A stretch of 64,000 bases of DNA from Desulfobacterales bacterium (GTDB lineage: Bacteria; Desulfobacterota; Desulfobacteria; Desulfobacterales; UBA2245). The stretch covers positions 84,722 through 148,721 of the forward strand of contig JAXGZF010000008.1 of NCBI GenBank assembly GCA_040771865.1, read 5' to 3'. The notes beneath the pieces are model-generated. The model did no database searches. It worked only from the letters and a program-made list of their open reading frames with translations, and was not told the DNA's origin. Below, one piece after another: positions 1-9,925 of this stretch. The position numbers and the translations under genes are program-made. The first letter of the stretch is position 1. Each line of letters begins with the position of its first letter.

Positions 1-424
1 GCAGTTTCGCGCCGGAATCGTTGAACTGGTACAGCAGTTCCCGGTCTGAATAAAGCGGATTGTTCATGACGGCGATGCCGCCGATCTTCAGGATCGCGTA
101 ATATCCGGCAATGCAGGGAATACAGTTGGGAAGCAGCAGCGCCACCCGGTCGCCCTTGCGGATGCCCAGATTCCAGAGGCATGCGGCCATCCGGTCCACC
201 ATCTCGTCGAGCCGGCCGTAGCTCAGGCGGTATCCTTCAAAGACAAGGGCCATTCGATCCGGATGGGACTCGGCTCCCTTTTTCAGCACCTCCGGAAGAC
301 AGATTTCATCGTAGATTTTGGATTCCGGAACGCCCTTCTGGTAATGGAAAAGCCAGGGTTTGTCCGAATATTGAAGAACATCCGTCTCCTGATCGTCGAG
401 TTTTTGCAGAATGGCGTTAAGCAT
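1..424 (-). CDS. Long-chain-fatty-acid--CoA ligase, N-terminal part (runs off window start)
   Basis: Not in the ORF track. Manual translation gives MLNAILQK...KPWLFHYQKGVP...LGIRKGDRVALLLPNC...ILKIGGIAVMNNPLYSDRELLYQFNDSGAK, a typical FadD-like N-terminus. GAGGGA SD precedes the ATG at 424. Confidence 0.85.
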   Translation of the reverse strand, partial: MLNAILQKLDDQETDVLQYSDKPWLFHYQKGVPESKIYDEICLPEVLKKGAESHPDRMALVFEGYRLSYGRLDEMVDRMAACLWNLGIRKGDRVALLLPNCIPCIAGYYAILKIGGIAVMNNPLYSDRELLYQFNDSGAKL

Positions 425-472
425 CGCTGAGTCCCTCTCTCTGAGCTGACATTCTCGATTAAATTGTGCGAA

Positions 473-500
473 TTTATAATGAATGCCGAGACTTTGTCAA
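473..500 (-). promoter_or_regulatory. Putative sigma70 promoter of the acyl-CoA ligase
   Basis: Minus strand TTGACA-N16-TATAAA. Confidence 0.5.
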
Positions 501-706
501 CAAATCAAACGCGTTGATCCGGCGTTTGTTGATGAATTGTTGCAATCCGTCGTACCTGAACGGAAAATACGGGTCATGTTGTGCCTGCGCGTCATTTTTT
601 CAAGAAAGAGTTGATTTTGTCTTCCATTCAGGCAAAGAATGAATCCGGAACATTCAACCGGTCCGCTGGTTTCGGCGGACTTCTGAGAACAAGGGAGGCG
701 CTGACG

Positions 707-1273
707 ATGAATTTTTCGCAACTTCTCGAAAAAAGGCGATCCATTCGAAAGTATCTGGATAAAGACGTTTCGCAGGAACTGGTCACGGAAATCATTCAGG
801 ATGCCTGCATGGCGCCCAGCGCGGTGAACGGTCAGCCCTGGGAGTTTATCGTCATTCGGAACCGGGCGCTGATCAGACGGCTCTCAGATGAAAGCAAGGC
901 CAACCTGATTGCGGAGATCGAAAAAAACCCGGATTGTCCGGCAGTCAAATATGAATCGATCCTGAGGAACCCAGATTTCAACGTATTTTACAATGCGCCC
1001 TGTCTGGTGTTAATTGCCGGCCCCAAGGGCCTGCATTCTCTCGAGGTCGATTGCGCTCTCGCGGCGTGTTATTTCATGCTTTCGGCGGCCGAAAGGGGCC
1101 TTGGAACCTGCTGGATCGGTCTCGGCGCCTATATATCGGATCCGGTTTTGATCGATGCGATCGGACTGCCGGGTACTTCAACCATCGTGGCGCCGATCAT
1201 TCTCGGATATCCGGAAACAATTCCGCCCGTGCCGGCCAGAAATTTGCCGAAAATTCTGAAGGTCGTCTCCTGA
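707..1273 (+). CDS. Nitroreductase family protein
   Basis: RRSIRKY, APSAVNGQPWEF, GLGTCWIG motifs. Start moved to ATG 707 after a GGAGG SD. Confidence 0.9.
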   Translation: MNFSQLLEKRRSIRKYLDKDVSQELVTEIIQDACMAPSAVNGQPWEFIVIRNRALIRRLSDESKANLIAEIEKNPDCPAVKYESILRNPDFNVFYNAPCLVLIAGPKGLHSLEVDCALAACYFMLSAAERGLGTCWIGLGAYISDPVLIDAIGLPGTSTIVAPIILGYPETIPPVPARNLPKILKVVS

Positions 1274-1414
1274 GGGCGGAATCATTGCTGTGTTGTTTGC
1301 GGGCCGATGCGTTCCGTCTTCCGGAAAAATGAACAGAGAAAAATGGTTTTCGAACAGACGGTTTTACCATGAGATCGCCCGGGGAAGAGCCGAATATCAG
1401 ATGGCGGGAAATGG

Positions 1415-1451
1415 AAGGGGCGTTGCATCCGAAATGGACCCAACGCCCCTT
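1415..1451 (-). terminator. Hairpin downstream of csp, between convergent genes
   Basis: AAGGGGCGTTG...CAACGCCCCTT 11-bp stem. Confidence 0.5.
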
Positions 1452-1469
1452 TAAACCCAAATGGCCGAA

Positions 1470-1670
1470 TTAGATAACGGTTACATTGACTGCGGCAGGT
1501 CCTTTTTGGCCCTGCTGAATATCAAAGGAAACGCGATCGCCTTCCTTGAGGCTTTTAAAGCCGGTTGCATTGATGGCGGAATGATGAACGAACACATCCT
1601 TGCCGCTTTCCTGCTCAATAAAGCCAAAACCTTTGGAATCATTAAACCATTTGACAACTCCGTTAGCCAT
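1470..1670 (-). CDS. csp: Cold-shock protein (CspA family)
   Basis: [15 protein letters not shown] (RNP1), DVFVHHSAI (RNP2); GGAGG SD. Confidence 0.97.
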   Translation of the reverse strand: MANGVVKWFNDSKGFGFIEQESGKDVFVHHSAINATGFKSLKEGDRVSFDIQQGQKGPAAVNVTVI

Positions 1671-2077
1671 AGTGACACCCTCCTTCCTTAAATTTTTTCA
1701 AGGTTCCAAACTTCAGGCTGTCACTTGGACAAAAAAAGCTTCCTGCAGAAAGAAACCGGCCCGCCAATCAAGGACGGGCCTTTATTGATGTTAAGTGACA
1801 CTACCATGTTTTTGAAATAATACAAGCAAATAATTCGACCGAGCCCTTTTTATTTTTTCGGATTCTGAGAAAAATTATTTTTTGTTCTGGTGAAAAAAGC
1901 AGGGAGGGTCAGATAAAGCGCTTGCATATCTTGCCATACTGAATTATCGGATTGGGTGAGAGAAGACCGCATGGAATCAGCGGGATGTTCGAAGCCGGCC
2001 TACGGACGGTTTTGTCAGGCAGATGAAAGAGTGGTCAGACCAAGCTTTTTGGGCGTTCCGAAGGAGGACTATAGAAG

Positions 2078-2461
2078 ATGTCTGAAAACAGGCGTCAACC
2101 TGGAAAAGACGGGCTGGATCAGATTCTGGATGAGGCGCGGCGAGACCGGGAACGCAGGGAAAAGACCTATCGGGAGCAGGCGCTCAAGCTCTTCCCCAAT
2201 GTCTGTGGGCGGTGCGGGAGAGAGTTTTCAGGTAAAAGGCTTCGTGAGCTGACCGTCCATCACAGGGACCATAATCATGACCATAATCCGCCGGACGGCA
2301 GCAACTGGGAACTGCTCTGCATCTACTGCCACGAAAACGAACATTCGCGAATAATGGATTCTCAATGGTACGATTCAGAATCCTCGCGGCAGGAAAGGCA
2401 GCCGATGTCCATCGACAGCCCGTTTGCGGTTCTTGAATCCCTGCTGAAAGACAACAGGTAG
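2078..2461 (+). CDS. yajD: YajD-family HNH nuclease
   Basis: YREQALKLFP-CGRCGREF, TVHHRDHNHDHNPPDGSNWELLCIYCHENEH. Confidence 0.85.
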   Translation: MSENRRQPGKDGLDQILDEARRDRERREKTYREQALKLFPNVCGRCGREFSGKRLRELTVHHRDHNHDHNPPDGSNWELLCIYCHENEHSRIMDSQWYDSESSRQERQPMSIDSPFAVLESLLKDNR

Positions 2462-2900
2462 GTGGCGTCAGATTTCAAACCGCAGGTTCCGGATCGAAGC
2501 TTAAGCCTGTATGACCTGCTGGAATGCAGCCCGTTGATGGGTTCGTAAGGAATACCACTTCTGCGGTGTATGCCGAATCGCAGTGATGAATTTTGAAGAA
2601 ACCTTCCGAATTGTAACGAAATTTATGAAAATCCCTCCCGCATTCACGGACCGCAGGTGTATCAATATGTGACACTTGCGGCATCCCCTTTCGTTGAAAT
2701 TATTTGCAATATCTTTCATAACCAATTTAAATCACTATATTAAATTACAAATCGAATCAATTCTTTTCTCTGTTGACTTTATTAAGAGCCGGCATTAAAA
2801 GAATCTGTCGTAAAATGAGAAGGGGTCGAAAAAAACTAGCAAATTGAATGCAATCGTTGAGATTAAAAGAAAGAAATAAACTTAAGGGCAATAAACAAAT

Positions 2901-4508
2901 ATGGCAATTACATTGAAAGACAAGTTGGGTTTCCTGGCATCCGTTTTTCCGGAGAGAAAAAAGAAAACGGGAGTGAGGGTTTGCGACAACCATCTTGATT
3001 CGAACCAGTCGCAAACGGATTTTCTGGTCAAGTTCGCAGTCTGCGCCGCCGTCGGGATTGTGGTTGTTTCGGCCGTCATGAATCTGGATCGGATAGAGAC
3101 ATCACGGGAGGCGCTCAGCCGGAGTGCCTGGGGAAGCTGGTTCCTTTTGCTGGGCGAGATTTTTGTAGGAATCAATCTGGCCGCTTTTATCTGGCGACTG
3201 TTTCTGGTTCTGGGCTATCGTCCGGCGCCGCCTTGCACCGATCGTCGTCTTCCGACATGCACGGTTGTGGTTCCGGCTTACAACGAGGGAAAACTGGTGC
3301 TGTCGACTTTAAGAAGCCTGGCTGCGAGCGATTATCCAGCCCATAAGCTTAAGATCATCGCGGTGGATGATGGAAGCGTGGACGACACCTGGCAGTGGAT
3401 TCAGTCCGCCGAAAGGGAGCTTTCAGGGCGTATTTCGACGATCCGGCTTCCTGAAAATCGCGGCAAGCGTCACGCGCTTTACGCCGGCTTCCAGCAAAGC
3501 AGCGGGGATGTTCTGGTGACCGTGGACAGCGATTCCGTGGTCGAGCCCCAGACTTTGCGCAACCTGGTCAGTCCGTTTTTGCAGGACTCCCGCGTGGGTG
3601 CTGTGGCGGGAAACGTGCGGGTGCTCAATCTCAAGGAGGGGATTATTCCGCGAATGCTGGACGTGTCGTTTATGTTCGGCTTTGATTTCATGCGGGCCAG
3701 CCAGAGCGAGGTGGAAACGGTGATGTGCACGCCGGGAGCGCTGTCGGCCTATCGTCGTTCGGTTATCATAAAGGTTCTGGATGAATGGCTTGTTCAGACG
3801 TTCTTTGGAAAGCCGGCCAATATCGGAGAAGACCGCGCGATGACAAACCTGATTCTTCGGGATGGATATTTTGTCCGGTTTCAGCAGAATGCGGTGGTTT
3901 ACACCAATGTTCCGGTGCGCTACAAGAACCTGTGCAAGATGTTTTTGAGATGGGCGCGGAGTAACGTTCGCGAATCGATCGTGATGGCCCGGTTTGCGTT
4001 CCGCCGGTTCCGCGAGAGCTCGATGCTCGGTGCGCGGATTAACCTGCTGCTGCTGCTGCTTTCCATGACCGTTTGTCAGGCGCTGCTGGTGTCGACGCTG
4101 ATTTGTTTTACCATGCAGCCGATGGTGTTCGGAATCAACATATTGTTTGGAATCGTGGTCAGCTCCACGTTCCCGGCGGCCCTATACGCGCTGAAATGCC
4201 GTAACTCCGAATGCTTGGCGGCCTATGTGTACGGAGTTTACTGGTTTTTGAGTCTTTCGTGGATTTCGCCCTATGCATTGTTCACATTGCACCGGTCCGG
4301 GTGGCTGACGCGACAGATCAAAAGTCCAAACGAGCAGCCCGGGTTGGCTCCCCATCCGGTATTTACGGAAATGCAGGGCATGGCGTTTGAGAAAGTGGCG
4401 CTTTCCCGAATCGCTGAAAACAGTGCCAGAGGGGGAGTGCAGCCGTACATGGTGCAGCGGACCTATGATTATCCTGCCTTGGCCGGTCGTGTCCGCTTCT
4501 TCCTTTAA
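2901..4508 (+). CDS. Processive GT2 glycosyltransferase, hyaluronan-synthase/NodC-like
   Basis: PAYNE, DDGS, GKRHAL, DSDS, CTPGALSAYRR, GEDR and FLRW motifs; TM helices on both sides of the catalytic domain. Confidence 0.85.
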   Translation: MAITLKDKLGFLASVFPERKKKTGVRVCDNHLDSNQSQTDFLVKFAVCAAVGIVVVSAVMNLDRIETSREALSRSAWGSWFLLLGEIFVGINLAAFIWRLFLVLGYRPAPPCTDRRLPTCTVVVPAYNEGKLVLSTLRSLAASDYPAHKLKIIAVDDGSVDDTWQWIQSAERELSGRISTIRLPENRGKRHALYAGFQQSSGDVLVTVDSDSVVEPQTLRNLVSPFLQDSRVGAVAGNVRVLNLKEGIIPRMLDVSFMFGFDFMRASQSEVETVMCTPGALSAYRRSVIIKVLDEWLVQTFFGKPANIGEDRAMTNLILRDGYFVRFQQNAVVYTNVPVRYKNLCKMFLRWARSNVRESIVMARFAFRRFRESSMLGARINLLLLLLSMTVCQALLVSTLICFTMQPMVFGINILFGIVVSSTFPAALYALKCRNSECLAAYVYGVYWFLSLSWISPYALFTLHRSGWLTRQIKSPNEQPGLAPHPVFTEMQGMAFEKVALSRIAENSARGGVQPYMVQRTYDYPALAGRVRFFL

Positions 4509-4705
4509 AGCATACGTTAGTTGAAACAGAAGCGCCGGTTTCAGACGGTTCAAGAGCGGTCTTTTGTTGTGCTTTACGAAGTCATCGGCTTTAATCATTG
4601 ATTTTATGGCTCAATGACGAGCGACCATCTGGCCGCAATTGAACGGTACTCACGGTTCTTCGCTTGGCCGTCGAGGCGCTTGGAAATAGCTTTCGTTCCA
4701 TATTC

Positions 4706-4732
4706 GAAGGCTCGGGCATTGCCCGAGCCTTC
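4706..4732. repeat. Perfect palindromic hairpin (REP-like or terminator)
   Basis: GAAGGCTCGGGCA-T-TGCCCGAGCCTTC, 13-bp perfect arms. Confidence 0.6.
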
Positions 4733-4737
4733 AGCAT

Positions 4738-4872
4738 GAGGCTGTTAAAACTCCCACCAAGGTCGCCATGCAGCGTTTCTCGGCGCTTGCCAGGCTTCTT
4801 CTTCCAACCCTGATAACGGTTCTCCGGCCCTTCGGGCCAAAAGTCTTGACGGGCATCCGTTTTTCAAAGAGC
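4738..4872. mobile_element. Degenerate copy of MITE family A
   Basis: AAGGTCGCCATGCAGCGTTTCTCGGCGCTTGCC matches the reverse complement of the 23574 copy (AAGGCCGCCATGAAGCGTTGCGCGGCTCTTGCC); ends GAGGCTGTTAAAAC / GTTTTTCAA. Confidence 0.55.
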
Positions 4873-5132
4873 AATTTTTTGTGCCGCCTGTCCTCGAAAA
4901 GTCAATTTCCGCAAGAGACAGGGACCGCAATCCAAAACGTTGATGTGATTTCCTCGATACCTGTGGTATTTAATAAAAGCGATGCGGGAGCCTGGAGCAG
5001 CGGATCCACGGTTGAAAAACAGTGAGAAACAGGCTGCAAACCGGGAATAAAAGACTCGGTCTGCAGCCTCGAAGAAACCGGTCCGCTCGACTCAGTTCAG
5101 ACAATCAATTTGCAGGTCTTATGGAAAGGAGA

Positions 5133-5939
5133 ATGAACATGAGAGGTAAATTTACGCTGAAGGGCGATTACGTTTACAAAATGCCAGTGCATTTCGGAGG
5201 ACATCCTTTCATCCCCGTTCGCACGGTGTACAGGGACATGACCTGCATCGGCATTTCCTTTGAAACCGATCTCGATCAGCTTGCGGAGTATATTCCGGAT
5301 GCCTTTGAGATTATAGAACCCAGGGTGATCGTCCAATATGCCAACGCCCGCGACGTGGACTGGATGTCCGGAGGCGAATACAGGCTGATACAGGCCTCGG
5401 CGCCCGTGCGGTATCTGGGCAACGAAGAGGGTTTGACCGGCGAATATGTGCTGGTGATTTGGGAGAACAGGGCATGTCCCATTATTGGCGGACGCGAAGA
5501 GGACGGCATGCCCAAGATCTACGCCGACATTGCCGTCGAAAAGCATGTGGGAGACCACTGGTTCACCTCGGCGAGTTATGAATGCAACACCTTTCTTCAG
5601 ATGGATTTCTGGAATCAGGGAGAGGCGGACGAGGCAACCGTGGTTCGAGCGCGGGAGAATCCCAACGTCAATAATTTTGCGTGGCGATATCTTCCCAATC
5701 TTGGAAGAGGCGGTGCGACGTTGAGCCACGCCACGCTTTATCCTCAGCAGATGTTTCCGAAGCGGGTGTGGCACGGCGAAGGAAAACTGAATTGGACGCA
5801 GCTGACGCAGGAACAGCACCTGCTGCAGTGCGGCATCATTCTTGCCATGTCCCGGCTGCCCGTCGTTAAATATCTTGAAGCCACCATGGTCAAGGCTACC
5901 GCACAGCTCAATGTGGGAGACTCACGGATACTGCCGTGA
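5133..5939 (+). CDS. Acetoacetate decarboxylase-like family protein
   Basis: YKMPVHFG, FETD, PIIGGREEDGMPKIYADI with the Schiff-base-type Lys; start after AAGGAG SD. Confidence 0.8.
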   Translation: MNMRGKFTLKGDYVYKMPVHFGGHPFIPVRTVYRDMTCIGISFETDLDQLAEYIPDAFEIIEPRVIVQYANARDVDWMSGGEYRLIQASAPVRYLGNEEGLTGEYVLVIWENRACPIIGGREEDGMPKIYADIAVEKHVGDHWFTSASYECNTFLQMDFWNQGEADEATVVRARENPNVNNFAWRYLPNLGRGGATLSHATLYPQQMFPKRVWHGEGKLNWTQLTQEQHLLQCGIILAMSRLPVVKYLEATMVKATAQLNVGDSRILP

Positions 5940-5997
5940 TTTCCCGAAAAGGACATGTGTATCGTAACGCGCCATGGATTATGAAAGGAGTTTGATG

Positions 5998-6804
5998 ATG
6001 AAGGAATATTATCAGGGCAAAGTCGCGGTCGTGACCGGCGCTGCGTCAGGCATAGGCCTCGGCATCGCCAGGGGCCTTCTGGAGCGGGGAGCGATGGCGG
6101 TCTACATGGCCGACAAGAACGGGGACAACCTGAATCGGGAATCCGCCATTCTCGACGAGCGCTTTTCCGGAAAGTCGTTTGCCATGCCCGCGGACGTGAC
6201 GGACCGGGTGCAGGTCGAAAAGCTCATCCACTCCGTCAGCGGCCATGACGGACACCTCGATTTCGTGTTCAACAACGCGGGCATGGGCATGACGCTGCCC
6301 ACCGAGCGGGTTACGCCGGAGATCTGGGACCTTGTCATCGATCTGAACTTAAAGGGCGTGGTCTACGGCACCTATGCCGCCATTCCCATCATGCGGAAGC
6401 AGGGGTTCGGACACATCGTGAACACCGCTTCCATCACGGGGCTAGTCCCGGTGCCCTATCAGGCGCTGTATGCTTCAACAAAGGCTGCGGTGCTGATGAT
6501 GACCGAAAGTCTGCAATACGAGCTGGAGAACGAAGGCCTCTCCTTCAGCGTCGTATGTCCGGGCAATGTGGCCACGCCCATATTCGGGCAGATGACTCCG
6601 CCGCCCGACGCGGTCTCGGTGGCGGATGCCGTGCATTACATATTCGCAGAGGTGGAGAAGAAAGCTCTGGAGATCGTCTTTCCTCAGACCTACCGCGATA
6701 TGGCAAAACTGTACCGGGAGGACCGCCCGTCGTTCGACGCGCTCGCCCGCGGTATCGCGGATGAACGGCGGGAGAACTATCGCACCAAGGGGACCTATTA
6801 TTGA
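5998..6804 (+). CDS. SDR family oxidoreductase
   Basis: TGAASGIG, NNAG, YASTK (YxxxK). Confidence 0.92.
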   Translation: MKEYYQGKVAVVTGAASGIGLGIARGLLERGAMAVYMADKNGDNLNRESAILDERFSGKSFAMPADVTDRVQVEKLIHSVSGHDGHLDFVFNNAGMGMTLPTERVTPEIWDLVIDLNLKGVVYGTYAAIPIMRKQGFGHIVNTASITGLVPVPYQALYASTKAAVLMMTESLQYELENEGLSFSVVCPGNVATPIFGQMTPPPDAVSVADAVHYIFAEVEKKALEIVFPQTYRDMAKLYREDRPSFDALARGIADERRENYRTKGTYY

Positions 6805-6939
6805 CGAGGATCAACAGGACGTTGCCACAGCGGCATCGCCCTGCAGGGACAACTCGAAGGCGATGCGGACACCGGCGCCGAGGCCTCAGGTCAGGCCGAT
6901 AACAACACGATGGGGAGTTTGGACACTGCGGCGAAGCAT

Positions 6940-8154
6940 TCAGCAGACAGCTACTTTAAGCATTCTTTGAACTTTAACCAGAAGATAAACCAGGAAGAGC
7001 AGTACGCAGCCGTTTGCCGCCAGTACAACGCCAAGCACAAGACCCGGAAAGATGCCGGGAATCAGCATGGATGTTCCAAAGAGGATGGCAAGCACATTCA
7101 TCGCCAGTGTTGCCGTTGTAATCCGAACCTGAATTCCGGGTGCCGGTTCATCCGATTCGGGCGCTTTGAATGCCGGAATGACGATTTTAACTATTGCGGC
7201 AAATCCGCCGACGAGATTCAGAAGCCCAATCAATGCGGTGAGCAATGCGACCAGAATTCCCGGAATGATGCATGAGGCAATGCCCAGGGCCGCAAAAGCG
7301 AGTCCAAATATAACCATCAGCCGTGACCTCGGGAATGGGCCCAGGGGTGTATTTCCGAAAGCGATCATCTGAACGGCAAAAATTACCATCATCAATCCAA
7401 GCTGAGCGCTTCCGGAAAACGGCAGCAGTCCGAGGTTTACCGGAATCAGAAGAATTCCAAGAATCAGCATGAACAATCCGAGGACCAACAGAATGACATT
7501 GTCAATCGACACATCCGCTGTGGCAAGCAGCCCTGTTTTTTGAATGCCTGTGGATTTGTTCGAATCCGGATAAGCGCTGTGGATTTTCTGAAGGCTCAAC
7601 GAAAGATACAGAATGGCCAGGCCAAAGACCAGCGCGGCGGCGGCTGCCTGAGGGGTTGTGACCCGTTCCGGTTGATACAGGATCGCCGAAATGACAATGG
7701 ACAGGGTGTATACCAGCGCGCATGAGATGGTCAGATGACGGAAAATGCCTCTGAATTTGCGCCATGCCGGAAATTTGCTTTTTGACAGAAAGAGTTGCAG
7801 CAGCAGGAAAAAGCCACCCAGCCCGAAGCAGATGATCAACAGAATTCTCGAAACGCTTCCCATGGCGTGCGGAATAAAGCAGGTGACAATACCGATTGCG
7901 GCCGTTACCGCTCCCGCGATAATCAGAAGCCAGGATCTGGGTGCATCTCCAAACGGTGTTTTTCCAAGGGTAATTGTCTGCAAGGCAAACACGAACAAAA
8001 GCAGACCAAACAGCCCTTCTTCATAGTACGGCAGAATACCGGCATGAACCGGAAACAGGAGGATTCCCAGGATCAGCATGGTCATGCTGCCGATAAGCAG
8101 AATGACAACCTCGAGTGAGAGTCTGGAATCCTGCAAAAACCAGTTGTTTGCCAT
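6940..8154 (-). CDS. Polytopic membrane protein with two homologous halves
   Basis: About 12 hydrophobic segments; MLILGILL.PV..G.LP and G.TP.G..PRS occur twice; GAGG SD before MANNW. Confidence 0.75.
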   Translation of the reverse strand: MANNWFLQDSRLSLEVVILLIGSMTMLILGILLFPVHAGILPYYEEGLFGLLLFVFALQTITLGKTPFGDAPRSWLLIIAGAVTAAIGIVTCFIPHAMGSVSRILLIICFGLGGFFLLLQLFLSKSKFPAWRKFRGIFRHLTISCALVYTLSIVISAILYQPERVTTPQAAAAALVFGLAILYLSLSLQKIHSAYPDSNKSTGIQKTGLLATADVSIDNVILLVLGLFMLILGILLIPVNLGLLPFSGSAQLGLMMVIFAVQMIAFGNTPLGPFPRSRLMVIFGLAFAALGIASCIIPGILVALLTALIGLLNLVGGFAAIVKIVIPAFKAPESDEPAPGIQVRITTATLAMNVLAILFGTSMLIPGIFPGLVLGVVLAANGCVLLFLVYLLVKVQRMLKVAVC

Positions 8155-8332
8155 GAATCCGCCTCTTGAAATATGCGCCGCCGTTAACCCGTATGCATAT
8201 ATCAATTTCTCCGAATTCGAACAACATTCAAAATCAACGGCATGGATTGCCTGTCCGGTCCGATCTGGAATTGAGCAGAAGGCTGATCATTCGAGGAATC
8301 TCTATACTGGGACCGCAGCGAATTAACCGAAA

Positions 8333-8878
8333 TCATTTTGCCCATTTATCGGTCAGACGGAGGCAGAAAAGAACGATGCTGCCGATGGAAAGCCCGGCTG
8401 ACAGGATGATGCCGATCACGTTTCCGAAAATGCGGAACAGATGCGGGCGGGTGAACACGAGCCGATGGTCGGCGTCATTCTCCTGCCCGGCTTCAAGCCC
8501 GTTGATTCTCAGAATATAGCGTCCGGGCTCGGGAATTTCATAGCTTCGAATCGCCATCCGCACCTTTCTAAGACCGGACGTTCTGGCGTGAAACCAGGTC
8601 GTTCGGCCATCCACAGGCGTGCCGAAGCCCTGGCTTAATTCGTAGGAGAGTTTTCGGAACCGGCCTGTGAGAATCGGCCCTTCAATAGAAAGAACGACGG
8701 GGCCCGCCTCGGCAAATTCAATATCCTGCTGTTCCAGAATCGGAATGCGGAGAATCGGAGCCTGTCTTGCCAGCCGGACGAGGTTCAGAATAAAGATACT
8801 CACAAAGATCGTCGAGATGAGAAATGCCGGCACTGCTATCCAGAGTCCGTTCCGGTAGATGTAGGTTAGCATTGTCAT
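8333..8878 (-). CDS. Hypothetical protein with N- and C-terminal TM helices
   Basis: 181-aa ORF co-oriented with its neighbours; two hydrophobic segments flank a soluble domain. Confidence 0.6.
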   Translation of the reverse strand: MTMLTYIYRNGLWIAVPAFLISTIFVSIFILNLVRLARQAPILRIPILEQQDIEFAEAGPVVLSIEGPILTGRFRKLSYELSQGFGTPVDGRTTWFHARTSGLRKVRMAIRSYEIPEPGRYILRINGLEAGQENDADHRLVFTRPHLFRIFGNVIGIILSAGLSIGSIVLFCLRLTDKWAK

Positions 8879-8948
8879 ATTTTTTGCCTTTGCACAGGAC
8901 CGGCCGTGGAACTGACAGTCGCCAGCTCATGCCGCCGGTCCGCAGGTT

Positions 8949-9545
8949 TTAGTTCTTCTCAAGCCTTAACCAGACCTGGGCGTCATAGGGAACGCGTCCC
9001 GATTTCTTGTCCCCTGTATATAGCGGCACCTCGTCAAAACTGCCCACGAGCACTTTTTCCACGGTCACGCCTGCGATTTCATATCCGGCCTGTGCCAGAA
9101 CGGCCTGTGTCGCTGCCAGCACTTTTCTGTCAAAAAGAACGCGGGAAGCGTATGCGTTGATATCCATCGCAACGGGTTTTCCTTGGATTGCGTTCCATTC
9201 TGAATCCTGAAAGGCGGAAACGGCCAGATGCTGTGACAACCAGGGAAAGTCGATCAGCCTGCCGATAAACAAGGATGAATAAATTCCTTCCAGTCTTGGC
9301 GTTTCGGTTTTAGAAAACGCCGCTTTCAGAACCGAGACCATTTCATGCTCGGTGATCTGACAGTTCCGGTATTTTGAATGATGCGCACGCAGTCTTAAAG
9401 TTCGCCACGAATTGTTTGCTTCGACGCTGAGCGTGCATTCGCCGGCAGCAAACGAAATAATCGACACATCCCCGGACCATGCCATGTCGGAAAAACACAG
9501 AAACAGCACCAGGACCGAAATTCCTGAAACGATTCGAGGGGTCAT
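8949..9545 (-). CDS. Hypothetical exported protein
   Basis: Signal-peptide-like MTPRIVSGISVLVLFLCFSDMAWS; start chosen at 9545. Confidence 0.6.
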   Translation of the reverse strand: MTPRIVSGISVLVLFLCFSDMAWSGDVSIISFAAGECTLSVEANNSWRTLRLRAHHSKYRNCQITEHEMVSVLKAAFSKTETPRLEGIYSSLFIGRLIDFPWLSQHLAVSAFQDSEWNAIQGKPVAMDINAYASRVLFDRKVLAATQAVLAQAGYEIAGVTVEKVLVGSFDEVPLYTGDKKSGRVPYDAQVWLRLEKN

Positions 9546-9681
9546 TTTTATTTTTCCTGCCGCCGGGAAAAGGCACGATAAAATCAGTCTTATCCGGGCG
9601 TTTTTTCGATGGATCTTGTGAATGTGATCGGTCCACTTTTCAGAGTGATGATAGGCGAGAACGGCGTTTGGCGTCAATACT

Positions 9682-9843
9682 GATTGTTTCGTAAAAAGTC
9701 AAATTTCTGTGTAGCGAGGCATCCATCGTTCCTGCCGTACGCTAAAAGTACGTCTCGCTCATCGGTATTTGCGGCGCCTTGAACCTGAATTCGTTACATT
9801 GCCACCATGCCGCCCCTCAATTTTGACTTTTTACGGGAACGAC
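9682..9843. mobile_element. Miniature inverted-repeat element, family B
   Basis: Perfect 14-bp inverted repeats CGTAAAAAGTCAAA (9690-9703) / TTTGACTTTTTACG (9822-9835), non-coding interior; partial copy at 44271. Confidence 0.7.
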
Positions 9844-9925
9844 AAAACCAGGGGCTGCGAGATGTGCGTTCATCGCTGTAAATATTCAATGCGATGATTT
9901 TATCAACTTCCTTTAACAGGCGCAA

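Noticed and set aside
2078..2461. HNH nuclease as a defence or homing element
   Set aside because: Matches the widespread stand-alone YajD family; no array, methylase or intron context
2475..2725. Two short minus-strand ORFs between yajD and GT2
   Set aside because: No recognisable motif; cannot separate from non-coding DNA
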